Source: Diplonema japonicum
Taxonomy: Eukaryota; Protista; Euglenozoa: Diplonemea
NCBI GenBank assembly: GCA_964019335.1
Contig: OZ025754.1
Location: 1-64,000 of the forward strand
DNA: 64,000 nucleotides
Reading direction: 5' to 3'
Part shown: positions 8,810 through 20,025 of the stretch, piece after piece
How positions within the stretch are numbered: the first letter of the stretch is position 1
Layout of the letters: each line of letters opens with the position of its first letter
Position numbers and translations under genes: made by a program
Notes under the pieces: generated by a model
Told to the model about the DNA's origin: nothing
The model's input: only the letters and a program-made list of their open reading frames with translations
Database searches by the model: none

Positions 8810-8941
8810 GTGTCTCGAGTTCCTCTCCTTGGAAGGGGAGGTGGTCGAGAAGCGTACAAAAAATTCTGTATATGGCTTATTGATCATGGATCAGATTGGG
8901 TACCAATAAAGTACAGAAACTGTAGCTTTAGAATCGTTGGT
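8810..8941 (-). ncRNA. Solitary SL RNA gene-like unit (SL exon 8904-8941 plus intron-like part)
   Basis: SL exon, GT donor, hairpin TGATC-CAT-GATCA, Sm-like AATTTTTTG, hairpin TCTCGA..CCTCCCCTT/AAGGAGAGG..TCGAGA, then TTTT. Confidence 0.6.
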
Positions 8942-9084
8942 AAAAAAAAAGGGGGGGGGGATATTCCCAACTACCAAAAGAGACAGAAGAAGAAGAAGAA
9001 GAAGAGAGTGAGAAAAAAAAACAAATAATCAAGTTAACAAAAATCTATCTTGTCAAGCAACTTGCCACATATTTCTCCGTTTCT

Positions 9085-9936
9085 CTATTCATTTACACTT
9101 ATCCCCTCTGGTATCCTATTCTTCAATACCTCGTAAAAACTATCAGAGCTTCCACTCAAGTCGATGATTCTTAGATTATCGCACTTATACATGAACACGT
9201 CACCAATGTAATTAAGATTGATCATCGCACTCAAGTCGATGGTTTCTAGTTTTTCACACCCATACATGAATGCATCACCCACGTAATAAACATTGGCCAT
9301 CGAACTCAAGTCGATGGTTTCTAGTTTTTCGCACCACGACAAGAAGGAATCACCAATAGAAGAAACTTTGTTCGTCTCGCTTAAGTCGATAGATTTTAGG
9401 TTTTTGCACTGATACATGAAAGCCTCACCAATGGAAAAAACATTGGGGAGGCTGAGATGGACAGATGTCAGGTGGTCGCACCCCCTGAGAAACTCATCGT
9501 CTATAGCTGTAACACAGCCTGTGGAGTCGGTGACAACGAGGCCCCGAAGTCCAGAAGGAAGGTCCCCTGCCGCCATGGACAGATATTCATCCGAGCCCTC
9601 CACTTCAACCACCAAGACTAGCTCAGGGTCAGCTGCCACAAGCCCCTCCAGCTCTGAAACCACTTCTGAGTTCTCTCTCCTCAGCTCTTTCAACCCCACG
9701 GTTCTCATTATCACCTCTACATGAACTTCACAGCCCTCCACGAGCCCGATCTCTTGAACCTCCTCACCACTGTTCATGTCCAATACCTCTCCCTCCCAAA
9801 CCAGTTTGAACTTGCCCTCGAGTAATCCAGAAGCACGGGCTGCCTTCTTGTACAGGCTCCCCATCGTCTCCTTACCCGAAACTTCCACATCGTGAACCCC
9901 GCTTTTTGTCTTCAGAAACACTGTCACCCCGTCCAT
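9085..9936 (-). CDS. Ubiquitin-like domain plus leucine-rich-repeat (BspA-type) protein
   Basis: N-terminal VTVFLKT...FKLVWEGEVL...IGLVEGCEVHV; repeats of IGDxFMYxCxxLxxIDLS. Confidence 0.8.
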   Translation of the reverse strand: MDGVTVFLKTKSGVHDVEVSGKETMGSLYKKAARASGLLEGKFKLVWEGEVLDMNSGEEVQEIGLVEGCEVHVEVIMRTVGLKELRRENSEVVSELEGLVAADPELVLVVEVEGSDEYLSMAAGDLPSGLRGLVVTDSTGCVTAIDDEFLRGCDHLTSVHLSLPNVFSIGEAFMYQCKNLKSIDLSETNKVSSIGDSFLSWCEKLETIDLSSMANVYYVGDAFMYGCEKLETIDLSAMINLNYIGDVFMYKCDNLRIIDLSGSSDSFYEVLKNRIPEGISVNE

Positions 9937-10510
9937 CTTTATGTCTCCTGTTTGTTTGTTCAGTCTTCCGCCTTGGCCACTAAACCACTGGATTTATAAT
10001 CGGGGGGGAAACGAAAGTTTTCCTGTAAAAGAAAAATTACAAGACTGCTTGAGCTTCCCAGTATGAAGAATTAAGTGTCTGCAACGAGGAGCAGTGGAGT
10101 TAGCAGCAGTGTGAACCAATGAAGTACTATGTACCCCTTTTTTTTGCTTCTTAATGCAAGATGGTCGGTTCCTCATCATCAGCGGTACCTGGTGCGTAGC
10201 GGCAAAACAAACATTTGTGTCAACGGAGCCAAAGGATAAGCCCTTCCCGCCATCATCCACCCTTGTTGTACCGCGCAAGAAAAACTGTACTTTATACCTG
10301 CTGTTGCTGTGATCACACGTGTGTCGCCATTCACCTGCGGCACCAGTAGGCTCGATGGCACGCCGCGAGCATGCTTTACTGTAACGAGGGTTAAAATAAC
10401 AGTAGTCCACTGCAAAAGGAAAAAAAGAAACAAACTTTTGACATCACGCAACGCAAGGGCAAGCAGCATGCGTTGGCAGATGTGAAACGTTGGTTTAGCA
10501 TCAGTTTTTC

Positions 10511-12022
10511 CTACTTCGCAGAGTGCACCAAGACTTCAAGACCATTCTTGTCCAGCTGCCAGGTGATGGAGGGCTGGAGCTTGGGAACGAATCCTTCACA
10601 TGGAGAGAACTTGAATTTCGCAAACAAAGTGAGCAGCGCGATTTTGCCCTCCAAGATTGCCATGTTCTTCCCCAAGCACAGCCTGGGCCCTGCGTGGAAG
10701 GTGGGGTACATGAACTCATCGTAGGTAGCCCCGATCCATCTCTTGGGGTTGAAGTCCTCGGGGTTTTCGCCCCACAGCTTCTCGTACCTGTTGGTGACGT
10801 AAGGCAGCCATTCCACCTTGACGCCAGGGGGCACTTTGAAGCCGGAGGGAAACGTTGTCTCTTTCACGCTGATCTTCCCGTTCACGGGGACCGATGGGTG
10901 GAGCCTCAAGGCCTCCAAGAAAACCGCTTCGGCAACAGGCGACTTGCCTTCTACATCATCGAAGGTGAGTGCCTCTTGTGTGTTCCCGCCAAAGCACGCC
11001 ATCGCCTCATCGTGCAGTTGCTCCTGCCACTCGGGGTGCTTGCTGAGGTACTCGATGCACGATGTCAGTGCTGACCCTGTCGTGTCCCTTCCTGCGATGA
11101 CGGTGTTCAAGATCATGTCCCTGAGGAACTTCCTGTCGTATGGCATGCTGCTCGACCTTGCGTAGTCCAGGAAGAGCCCCGTCATTGTGCGGTCGTCTTT
11201 GATTGCGTCCTCCTTGAGTGTCCCATCCTTCTCGAAGTACTGGTCCACTGCCTCCTCCACGTAAGCATCTATGATCTTCATTGAGGTAGTAATACCCTTC
11301 TCGGTTGGAAGCCCAAGCAAGCTGTTCAGCCTCCACCATGGTAGCAGAAAGCGTGTGAGGATGCCTGCCTGGACAACGTCGAAGGCTTGCTGGAACTCAG
11401 CATCCCTGGTGTTCCCCTCTAACGAGTTGACGTCTTTGTTGAACGCTATCCCGTTGATGCAGTCGAACGTGTAGCAGTAGAACAGTGGCTGGATGTCCAG
11501 CGGTTTGTTGCTCGCTGCGTGCTTGTCAAGGGTTCTGACTAGGTCCTGCGCGTGGGTCCCGAAGACAACGCTCATTCTCTCTCTGAGCTGCCTGCGGTTG
11601 AACATCTGCGACATCACGACACGCTGCTCCTTCCACACCTCCCCGTTGGAGTTGAAGATGCCGCCTCCAAGGAGGCACGAGAAGTTCTCAATGAAGTCCG
11701 GCGACTTTACAAAGTTGTTGAAGCTGTCCTTCAACAGGAACTTGATGTCCTCGCGCTCAATCAGAACGACGCCCACCCTGCCCCCCACGGCAGACCAGGT
11801 GAAACTCTTCCAGCCGTTCGTCTTGAACTCGCTGTACGTGAACTCACACAGCGACATCTTCCTGAATACAATCGCCTTAATCGCAGCAACGGTCGATCCG
11901 ACCACAGGAGTGTGCCCGCTGTGCACGGGAAGGCTTGTGAAGCGTCCTTTGGCCTTGAACTTGTACACCACAACACATAGTACCAGCAATGCACAGAGGC
12001 AGGCTTTTAAAAATGAGTCCAT
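10511..12022 (-). CDS. Cytochrome P450 (resembles CYP86/CYP704-type fatty-acid hydroxylases)
   Basis: N-terminal anchor, GIFNSNG, AGRDTT, EALRLHP, FNPKRW and heme motif FHAGPRLCLG. Start taken at MDSF after a CAG acceptor. Confidence 0.93.
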   Translation of the reverse strand: MDSFLKACLCALLVLCVVVYKFKAKGRFTSLPVHSGHTPVVGSTVAAIKAIVFRKMSLCEFTYSEFKTNGWKSFTWSAVGGRVGVVLIEREDIKFLLKDSFNNFVKSPDFIENFSCLLGGGIFNSNGEVWKEQRVVMSQMFNRRQLRERMSVVFGTHAQDLVRTLDKHAASNKPLDIQPLFYCYTFDCINGIAFNKDVNSLEGNTRDAEFQQAFDVVQAGILTRFLLPWWRLNSLLGLPTEKGITTSMKIIDAYVEEAVDQYFEKDGTLKEDAIKDDRTMTGLFLDYARSSSMPYDRKFLRDMILNTVIAGRDTTGSALTSCIEYLSKHPEWQEQLHDEAMACFGGNTQEALTFDDVEGKSPVAEAVFLEALRLHPSVPVNGKISVKETTFPSGFKVPPGVKVEWLPYVTNRYEKLWGENPEDFNPKRWIGATYDEFMYPTFHAGPRLCLGKNMAILEGKIALLTLFAKFKFSPCEGFVPKLQPSITWQLDKNGLEVLVHSAK

Positions 12023-12468
12023 TTCCTGAGGGAAATAAGGGGTGAATTGTTCTTTTTGTTGAAAAATAATCAGATCATTTGCCGGCAAGAAACTTCAGAA
12101 GCTAAACACAATAAAAAACCTTTGGTGATTATTAACTCCCGTCGTCGCTTGCCTTTCCCAAACAGGGGACGATCCAGATTTGCCCACGAAATGCAGGAAG
12201 GAAGAAAGAAGTGGCGATCCCCCAGCATAGCAAGGTACGGCCGCTGCAAGGCTATGACACGAATCAGGTAACGGCAGGCAAATCTCAAAATAAAAGCTTC
12301 GTTGCCCCTCGACCAAGTATCGTCTGCAAAGCCGCGATCGGGGGTCACGTTTGAAAAGAAGCTGGATGCAATCAACTTCGACTTTTTACTTATTTCTAGT
12401 TGGTGGTTTGCCAAAAAGAGGGGAAAGAAAAGTACTAGAAACGAGCAAAATAACACAAGGCGGTCAAA

Positions 12469-12881
12469 CTAAGCTGTCTTTGACTTTTTGAGCAACTTAA
12501 GAAACAAGCCGGTAGAGGCGTACCCTAGAAGGCAGGTCTGCAGGGACCACAAAAGAACGTCTGGAAGGGGGGGTGAAAAAGATTGGAAGTCATACCCATG
12601 AGAGAGGAGCCTGCACCAATCGCCTTGACGGCAACGAAGATGGCTTCGAGAACATGAAGTGCCACAGCAATGTAGAAAACACTGGGCCACAGGTTAGGGA
12701 ACTGCACAGCAAGGTCGGCCACCCAACCGAGGACTTGCGGGAAGGGCAGCTCTGTCGGAGAGAAAGCGGCCTGTATGTATGATAACTTTCCTTCCCCTGT
12801 TCTTCACACCATATAAGTGAGGCACATCCCTGTGATGATCACGGGATACCACAAGATGCCGGCAAGAGCGAATTTCACCAT
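12469..12881 (-). CDS. TMEM254/DUF4499-like small membrane protein, 3 exons
   Basis: Spliced product MVKFALAGILWYP...ALHVLEAIFV...LLWSLQTCLLGYAS; two short GT-AG introns restore the frame. Confidence 0.7.
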
Positions 12882-12910
12882 TCTTTTTTCTCTTTTTTTC
12901 TTTCTCTTAT

Positions 12911-12945
<35 letters not shown>

Positions 12946-13018
12946 AAAAGTATCTACCGAAAGACAAAAAAAAAAAATACGAGTTTACAATAGTCTTCAA
13001 AAAAGCTTGATGGTGATG

Positions 13019-14650
13019 TCACAGGAATGAAATTTTCGGAATACTGAAGACGTCCAGCACTTCCCTGTTGGCGGCACGTGCTTCCCCGACGCGCAATATG
13101 ATGCTCTGATGGGTGCCGAAAGCCTTCATTTCGAACCTAGCGTAGCCGTCGTTAGGAAGGTCCGCCAGCATTTGCGTCAGGTGCCGTAATGACTGTACCT
13201 TTTTGTCATTCAACGATTCCACCACGTGGTGCACAAAGTCGCCCGACTGGTAGCCTTGGTTCACCTGGTGCGGCAGCATCTGCGCCAACACCACCACTTC
13301 GCACAGGTCCTTCGCAGGCCTCCCTGTGAGGGTAAGCTGCAGGAGGTGCGTCGGGGCCAATGAGTACCAATCCTGACCCCATTCCTTCAGGTACGGCACA
13401 GTGAGCGGTGTAAACACAAGCCCGCCAAAAGTGTGGTATTTCGGTTTTTGTTTCATGTACGGGTTGCAGTTGTGGGACAGCACCAGCGAAGGCATCACCT
13501 TGGATTGCATCTTGAGCGTTATCTCTTTCTTGTTTCGGAGCACGCGCACCTTCGAGGTGCTCAGGTACTCCTTCATGTGCATGACGTGGTCGAAACGCAC
13601 CCTGCGCGACCCGAACTTCACCGTCCCATCGTTCGCCACCTGCATCCCGTCTATGGACAGCAGCACGTCGTTGTCCCTCATGACCCCCTCAGAGGCTGCA
13701 TGTGCGACTACCTTTTTGATCAGAATCCCGGTTTGTTTCTTGCTGAGCCCCATGTACTTCCGGAGGTGTTCGTTGAGCGGATCTTGCACGTAGCACCCGA
13801 ACGAGCAGAAGCCAGGGTGGTAGCTTCTGTCGGTGTATGTTGGGAGGCAGGATGGATCCCTTGCTGCTTGCTTGCGCTGCCGCTTGCCGTGCAGGGCATA
13901 ATACTGCCTCAAGAAGTGCGCGATGACAGGGACGGGGATGATGTAAGAAATATTGTCGGCGTGCGTGAGGGACTGGAACGACACACCAATGACCTTATCG
14001 TTCGAAACTGCGGGCCCGCCACTGTTGCCTGCGTTGATGGCGGCATCGATCTGGATGGCTATGAGATGCGTGTGCACACATATGACATAAGGCTGTGTGT
14101 CAACACGGGAAACAACACCGCTCGTAACGCTGACCTGGTCGCCCCCTACAGGGTAGCCCACCACACGGACCGACTCCTGTATATCAGGAACTCCATCAAA
14201 GGACTTGATAGCTTCCACAACATCTCGAACATCGGGCTTTTTCGTGTCGGATAATGATTTGTGATGGGTGTACAGGTCCAGGCCGGTGAGGCCTTCCCAG
14301 AACTCGTTGTCGTGAACCGTTAAAAGCGCCATGTCGCATTCTACTCCTGTGTAGACGACCTTAGCTACGTACTTGTCACCTGAACCTTCTTTGCGGACCT
14401 CTACTAGGACGGAGTCGAGGATGACGTGGGCGTTGGTCATGAGGAGACGTCTCTTCCTGTCGATCACGAAGCCGCTACCTGTGGAGGACTGTTGGATCTT
14501 CTTGCTCCACGGGATGAGGTAGTTCGGCGCGCACACTGTCGCGTAGACCTTTACAACGCTGTTCATTACATCCTTGCTTATCGTATGGCACAGCCTCACC
14601 GTCCACCGATACTTTGTAAATGCCGTTGCATGCCTCCTTAGCACATTCAT
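13019..14650 (-). CDS. Deg/HtrA trypsin-like serine protease with PDZ domains, probable mitochondrial presequence
   Basis: GSGFVI, TNAHV, CDMALL, QIDAAINAGNSGGP, and FGGLVFTPLT as in the plant Deg2/9/10 type. Confidence 0.92.
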   Translation of the reverse strand: MNVLRRHATAFTKYRWTVRLCHTISKDVMNSVVKVYATVCAPNYLIPWSKKIQQSSTGSGFVIDRKRRLLMTNAHVILDSVLVEVRKEGSGDKYVAKVVYTGVECDMALLTVHDNEFWEGLTGLDLYTHHKSLSDTKKPDVRDVVEAIKSFDGVPDIQESVRVVGYPVGGDQVSVTSGVVSRVDTQPYVICVHTHLIAIQIDAAINAGNSGGPAVSNDKVIGVSFQSLTHADNISYIIPVPVIAHFLRQYYALHGKRQRKQAARDPSCLPTYTDRSYHPGFCSFGCYVQDPLNEHLRKYMGLSKKQTGILIKKVVAHAASEGVMRDNDVLLSIDGMQVANDGTVKFGSRRVRFDHVMHMKEYLSTSKVRVLRNKKEITLKMQSKVMPSLVLSHNCNPYMKQKPKYHTFGGLVFTPLTVPYLKEWGQDWYSLAPTHLLQLTLTGRPAKDLCEVVVLAQMLPHQVNQGYQSGDFVHHVVESLNDKKVQSLRHLTQMLADLPNDGYARFEMKAFGTHQSIILRVGEARAANREVLDVFSIPKISFL

Positions 14651-15194
14651 ACTGCCTGATGTATTTAAAAAAAAAACGGGGTAAAACAAAAACAAGAAAT
14701 TTTGTTCAGAATAATGGAACCAAAAAAAAGGGAGGGAAGAAAGAAGAAAAAAAAAAGAAGAAAAATCCCATTGAAGGGAAAGGAGGGGGAGGGGGAAAAA
14801 AAAAGAGGGTTGGGGGGGGAGAAGAAAACTTTAAAAAAAAGAGAAAAAAAAAGTGACAAGAACGTGAAAAAAACTTTCTTAGGAGGGAAATTAAATAAGA
14901 AAAAAAGAGGGGGGTCCCCCTCCGTCTTTTCTTTTTCATTTTCCGTTCTCCTGCTTTTTTTTCCCCCTGTTTTTTTTTTCTTTTTTTTCTCCTTCTTTTT
15001 TCTTTAAGTTCTCTTCCGGGTTTTCCCTTTCTTTTTTTTTTACCTCCTTATCTAATTCTTTATGGGGACAGGGATTCTAAGGGGGGACAAGCTTAAGAAA
15101 AAAAATTGCGGGGAGGGTTTTTTTTTCTTCTCTTCTTTTAAGCTGCACACAAAGAAAAAAAAAGGGGGGGATCTATGTTAAAAAGTATCAAATC

Positions 15195-15404
15195 TTACGG
15201 GTAAGCGGGGCGGAACGAACCAGTCCTGGCGGGGGGGGGCGAGGGCTTGGCGCGCCTGAAGCAGAGGACGTAAATCTCAGGGGCGTGAACCATGTAGTGG
15301 TCCCAGCCAAGGGACTGCTGCACACCAAGACTGCGCCACTCGCTTTCAGCCATAATCCTGTTCGGGACCAACTTCTTGAGCTCCTTTGGGAGGATCACGT
15401 GCCT

Positions 15405-15444
<40 letters not shown>

Positions 15445-15580
15445 CCCTTGAAAAATACCTGTACTCAAAAGTGTCATCAGTGTACTTATCAGAGTACCTG
15501 ATCCTGTCCTTGCAAGAGGTGATGATCGTCTGAGCCTTGGTGTTCTTCGTGGACTCTAAGACGGGACCCATGGTGACCAT
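15195..15580 (-). CDS. CKS1: Cyclin-dependent kinase regulatory subunit, paralog A (intron 15403-15458)
   Basis: [15 protein letters not shown]|HVILPKEL...[26 protein letters not shown]. Confidence 0.93.
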
Positions 15581-15856
15581 TTTTTTTTTTTTTTTTTAAA
15601 AAGGAAGCGAAAACGTTGCCTGTACGGGTGGGGAAAATAAAAAATAGACCAGGAAGCGTGAAAAATAGAAAAAAACTTTTAGTTTTGTTTTTTTTGTTTG
15701 AGAGTAAGAAACAATCAGGAGGTGTTAGGCAATAGTTTGGAGGAAAAAAAAAGGGGGGGGAAGGAGGGGAGTGGAGAAACTAAAAAAAGAATGAGAAAAA
15801 AGATGTCTTTGAAGGGAACCTGCAGTATGTGACAGGATCGCCTAACGACAATCAAC

Positions 15857-16318
15857 TCATCTAGTGTTTGATCCCTTCTGTCGTGGTAGTGCCTTAGGCC
15901 CGTCGTGGTATCTATTCAGCAGCTTGGGCGTGAAACCAACTAGCGAGTTGTTGAGGATGCAATGCGTTCGCAGTTGCTCCTCTAGGATCGGGTGGGTTGC
16001 CTTCGGGGACGCGAAGACTGGACGAGTGGAGTATCCAATGATGGAACGGCTGTGGAGCCCCAGGGTACGCAGCGAGTGTAATGACTTCTTAGTTTCTGCT
16101 GGAATCAGGTGATTCCCAGTTCCTGTTCTGTGTGCCCTGTCCAGGACGTTGAGGATTCTTCCGATTTTCCTAGCCCAGCATGCCAGGTCTTCACCACCCA
16201 TGTGGATTCTCTCCGTTGCTATGAAGTCGACAGCAAGCTCCGCCTTGGACACTTGCCCTCCATCCTTGCCCCATTTCAGGGCACTCAGCCATTTGAGGAC
16301 AAACGGGATCAGCCCCAA
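15857..16318 (-). pseudogene. Possible 3' fragment of a LINE-like retrotransposon ORF
   Basis: Isolated high-complexity ORF with no real start; WLSALKW...VSKAELAVDF resembles C-termini of some protist LINE proteins (recollection only). Confidence 0.3.
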
Positions 16319-16499
16319 AAAAAAAAAAGATCCCTTCCCTTTAATGGCCCTAACCTTCCAAATGTCTGGTCACTACTTGACGCGAAAAAGTGATCAGATT
16401 TCAACCCGAATCTGGTTTTTTTGACATAGTGACAGACAATTGGAAATTTAGGGCCTTATATTTTCTTTGTAAAAATGTGACCTAATGACCCTACAAGAG

Positions 16500-17777
16500 G
16501 TGATAATTAGGATGAAGAGAATAAGGTATTGCATGTCTTCTTCTTTTTTTTCTTTTTCTTTTCCCGTTCTTTTTTGTTCTTGTATCGAAAAATCTTTTCT
16601 GCAAAATACCCCCTACATGAGTAGGGGCTATTTTGGTGTGAAGGCTGTGATAGGGGGGGCAATAAAAAAAAGTTTTCTTTTTTCTATCCTTTGCCTTTCC
16701 CAAGCCGGAAAAAAAAAAAAAAAAAAAGAGGAAAAAAACACTGTTTTCGCAAAGGGGCGCTGTGAGCGCCCTTTTGTTGAAGATAAAAGACTCGTCACAT
16801 ATTTTGATACAGAGGCAAAAACTGGCATTATCAAATTTGAATCTTTTTTTTTTTCTTTTTTTTTTTTCCGTTTTCTTAACAGTGAGTACCCTGTACACTG
16901 AAAATTTTCATTCGAGTTTTTTTTTTTTTTTTTTTTCGTTCTTGCTTTCCCTCTCAGCATCTTGATACCGGGGATCGAGGGGGGGGGGGGGGGGGGGGGC
17001 TTGAACAACAGAATAACAGCACACATAAAAAAGGCGGTATTTAGGGCAAATCTCACCTGAGGACCTAGTTCCGTTTCCTGAAGAGAATTGAGGTTTTTGT
17101 CTCTTTTTACTGTTTTTACGTAAGATGGTGAAGATCTTAGGTGAAGATCTGCGCAACGGGAGGTTCCCTGCAAGATTTGGGGAATTCTACTAACGATTAA
17201 AATCTTTAAGTGATGAAAACCATCCCAGGCACTGCTGCCTTCAAGAGACCAAGAGACGGCAACAAACTCTCTGTTATGCTGCATTTAAAAAAAAAAAGAA
17301 AGAAATCTGCAGAATTTTGTGTATAAAAAACAGATTTCTTTTCTTTCTTTCAAGTCGGAGTTAGGACAGTGGTTCAAAGAAGAAAAAAAAAGTTTTTTTT
17401 TTTTTTTTTTTTTTTTTGAACGAGAGAGCCTTATTGTTGTTAGAGTGTTTCCTTTCAGAGATTCTTTTTTTTTCTTTTTTTATTTATTCTAAAAAAGACG
17501 GGAGAAAATCCAATCAACAAAGTCAAAAAAAATCACCTTTTTAAAAAAAGATTTCCATAGGAAAAGACATCTATGTGACGTGTCCTTGATGGGCCTTTCT
17601 GCTTGCCACCCCAGAACCAGGGTGCAGGCGCTAACTGCAGAATACACCGGTAAACCGGTATTTCTTTTACAACGAAATTTTATGTTCCTTTTGATTTTTT
17701 TTTTTTTTTACACGGATAGGCCCCGAGAATTTGTCAGCCATTTTCTCTCCGGTTTCCTTCTTAGGGGAGCCGGGAAT

Positions 17778-17811
<34 letters not shown>

Positions 17812-17902
17812 CAGGCGACAGAAGATTTCCATAGGTATGAATAATGTGATTTTGTGGACATAAAATCTGTTCACTGGACGTGAATAATAATAAAAAGGTG
17901 GC

Positions 17903-17939
<37 letters not shown>

Positions 17940-19173
17940 TTTTTTTGAGAAAATCAAAAAAAACACAAGTTATTATTTTTTTGTGAAGATCGCACTTTGA
18001 AGGCAGAGGCACGCAGTGTTGCATCGCCTCAGCGTATTGTCATGTGGTAAAAAAAAAAAAAAAAAAAAAGAAAAAGAAAAAAAAAAATATAAATAATATA
18101 AATAGTTGTAATCATTTATTGAACGAAAACCTGTGTTTAATAAAATAATAATAATAATAATAATAAAAAAGAAACAAAAATATTTGCGAGATAAAGGGCT
18201 TCTTGTTGTGGGAGGTCCCTCTCTGTTTTTCACGATAAAAAGAAAAGACAATCCTCCAAAAAAAAAAATCAAACCAGAAAGGGTCTGTTTCAACCCCTTC
18301 TTTTCTGGAGAGGGGAAGGGTTTTTTATTTATCAGGGGGGGGGGATGCAGAAGAACGAAGAAAATATGAAAATATCAGCCCTCTCTCTCTTTGTTCTAAA
18401 TAGGTTTGTATTGCATGTTGCCCTTTTTTTTCTTCTTCTTTTTTTTTTTCTTCTCCCCTTTCGGAACTACAGATAAAAACTTAGCTCCGAATTTCTTGAA
18501 GACAAAAAAAGAGAAAAAAAAAGGAATTCATAATTATGATAATGATGATGGCTCTTTTTTCACAATGGGCACCGATGGCCGGACGTGGGGGGGATCTAAA
18601 TAATAAAAAATCTTTTTTGTGGTGAAAAGGGTTAAATGAGCGAGCCGAAAGGTATTCTCTAAAAAGGGATTTAGAGACATTGCGGGGCTATTAAACTTCA
18701 TAACAGGGGGGTGGGGGAGGGTAGCATGAGAGTCGGGTGATTTCACCTTAAACAGGAAAAAAAAAATACTTTTCCACCGGCTTTGTACCCATACGGGCAT
18801 AATTTCACCATCTTTCGGGTTTATCTTAGAGATCATCTCGTAATCATAATATAAGCTGTGTCCCTCTTATCTCAGCTTTAAGAAAAAAAAAAATGACAAA
18901 GCCCATGCTGGGCTTGAAGCCACATAAAATTTTTGGGTGGGTGCACTCAGGCGGGGGGGAGGGGGAGTCACACTACAGCGGTTTCAGGCAAAACAGTCCC
19001 CCCCCCCCCCCCCCCCCCCCATTCATCAAAGTAAAGAAAAAAATAAACCTTCGTCGGCAAAAAAAAAAAAAAAAAAAAAATGTCCAAGCCTACCTCAAAA
19101 AGGGGAGTGAAAAGAACAAAAAAGCTCCTACATTACAAAAAAAAAAAAATGTATATAAACGGATGACAGTATG

Positions 19174-19205
<32 letters not shown>

Positions 19206-19714
19206 ATGGCACTGACGGTAAGCGGGTGGGAGTGGAACGGGAAAAAAACACACAGAAAAAATTTTAAATTGAAATATAAAATGAGTTCATACGGAGGGTC
19301 ACGAGGAGAAATGCTGGATAATGATACTAGTAACCCCTTAGTTGTGGGCGGACCTAGGCAAGAGGCACCCTTCAAGGGCTCCTCCCACAAGCGTCCCAGA
19401 AGGTCGGAAGAGGAACTGCTTTCTTTTTGTGAAAATGGAAAAGGGGTCCCAAAGAAAAAACAAAAAGAAATGAACGGAGGAAAAAAAAAAAAAAAAAAGA
19501 GGGGGAGAAAGAGCGCACGGTTCAAAAGCTTTGGTACAAAACCATACATTGCAGAAAAAGCAAACAATAGTTTTGACAGTAAAGGGGAGAGGGTATTGGA
19601 GGTGCTCTATAAGAGCTCTTACAAAGCTCGAACCCGCATTTTTCATTATTTTTTTTTTCTCTCATTTTTATTTTTTTTTCTCCGTTCTTATTCTTTCCCT
19701 TTTTTTCTTTCCCT

Positions 19715-19746
<32 letters not shown>

Positions 19747-19830
19747 CCTTCTTGCTTTTTAATTTTACATCTCAGGACCCCTTCTATGCGTTATACTTTT
19801 GATCCGGCTGTGCACAAACAACAATCAACC
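16500..19830 (-). other. Unresolved intron-rich hypothetical gene(s)
   Basis: Short high-complexity blocks (e.g. ATG 17284 MQHNREF..., 19290-19420, 19530-19640) separated by homopolymer tracts with GT/AG edges; exon structure not resolved. Confidence 0.3.
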
Positions 19831-20025
19831 GACTCTTTTTTTTTTTTTGGTGGCAAAAAAAAAAAAAAAAGGATTTATATTTTAAATAAAACCAGAACAA
19901 AAAAAAAAATAGAATACAAATAAAACTGAAAATAAAATAAAAAAAAACAAGGATAGGAGGGGGGAGTGAAACAAAATAGCGTGGGAAGAAAAAAAAAAAA
20001 AAAAAAAAAAAAAAAACATCTCATA

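Noticed and set aside
4516-8941. CRISPR-like array (identical 38-bp repeats)
   Set aside because: Spacing is 1.1 and 3.3 kb, the repeat is an SL exon, the context is eukaryotic and there are no cas genes.
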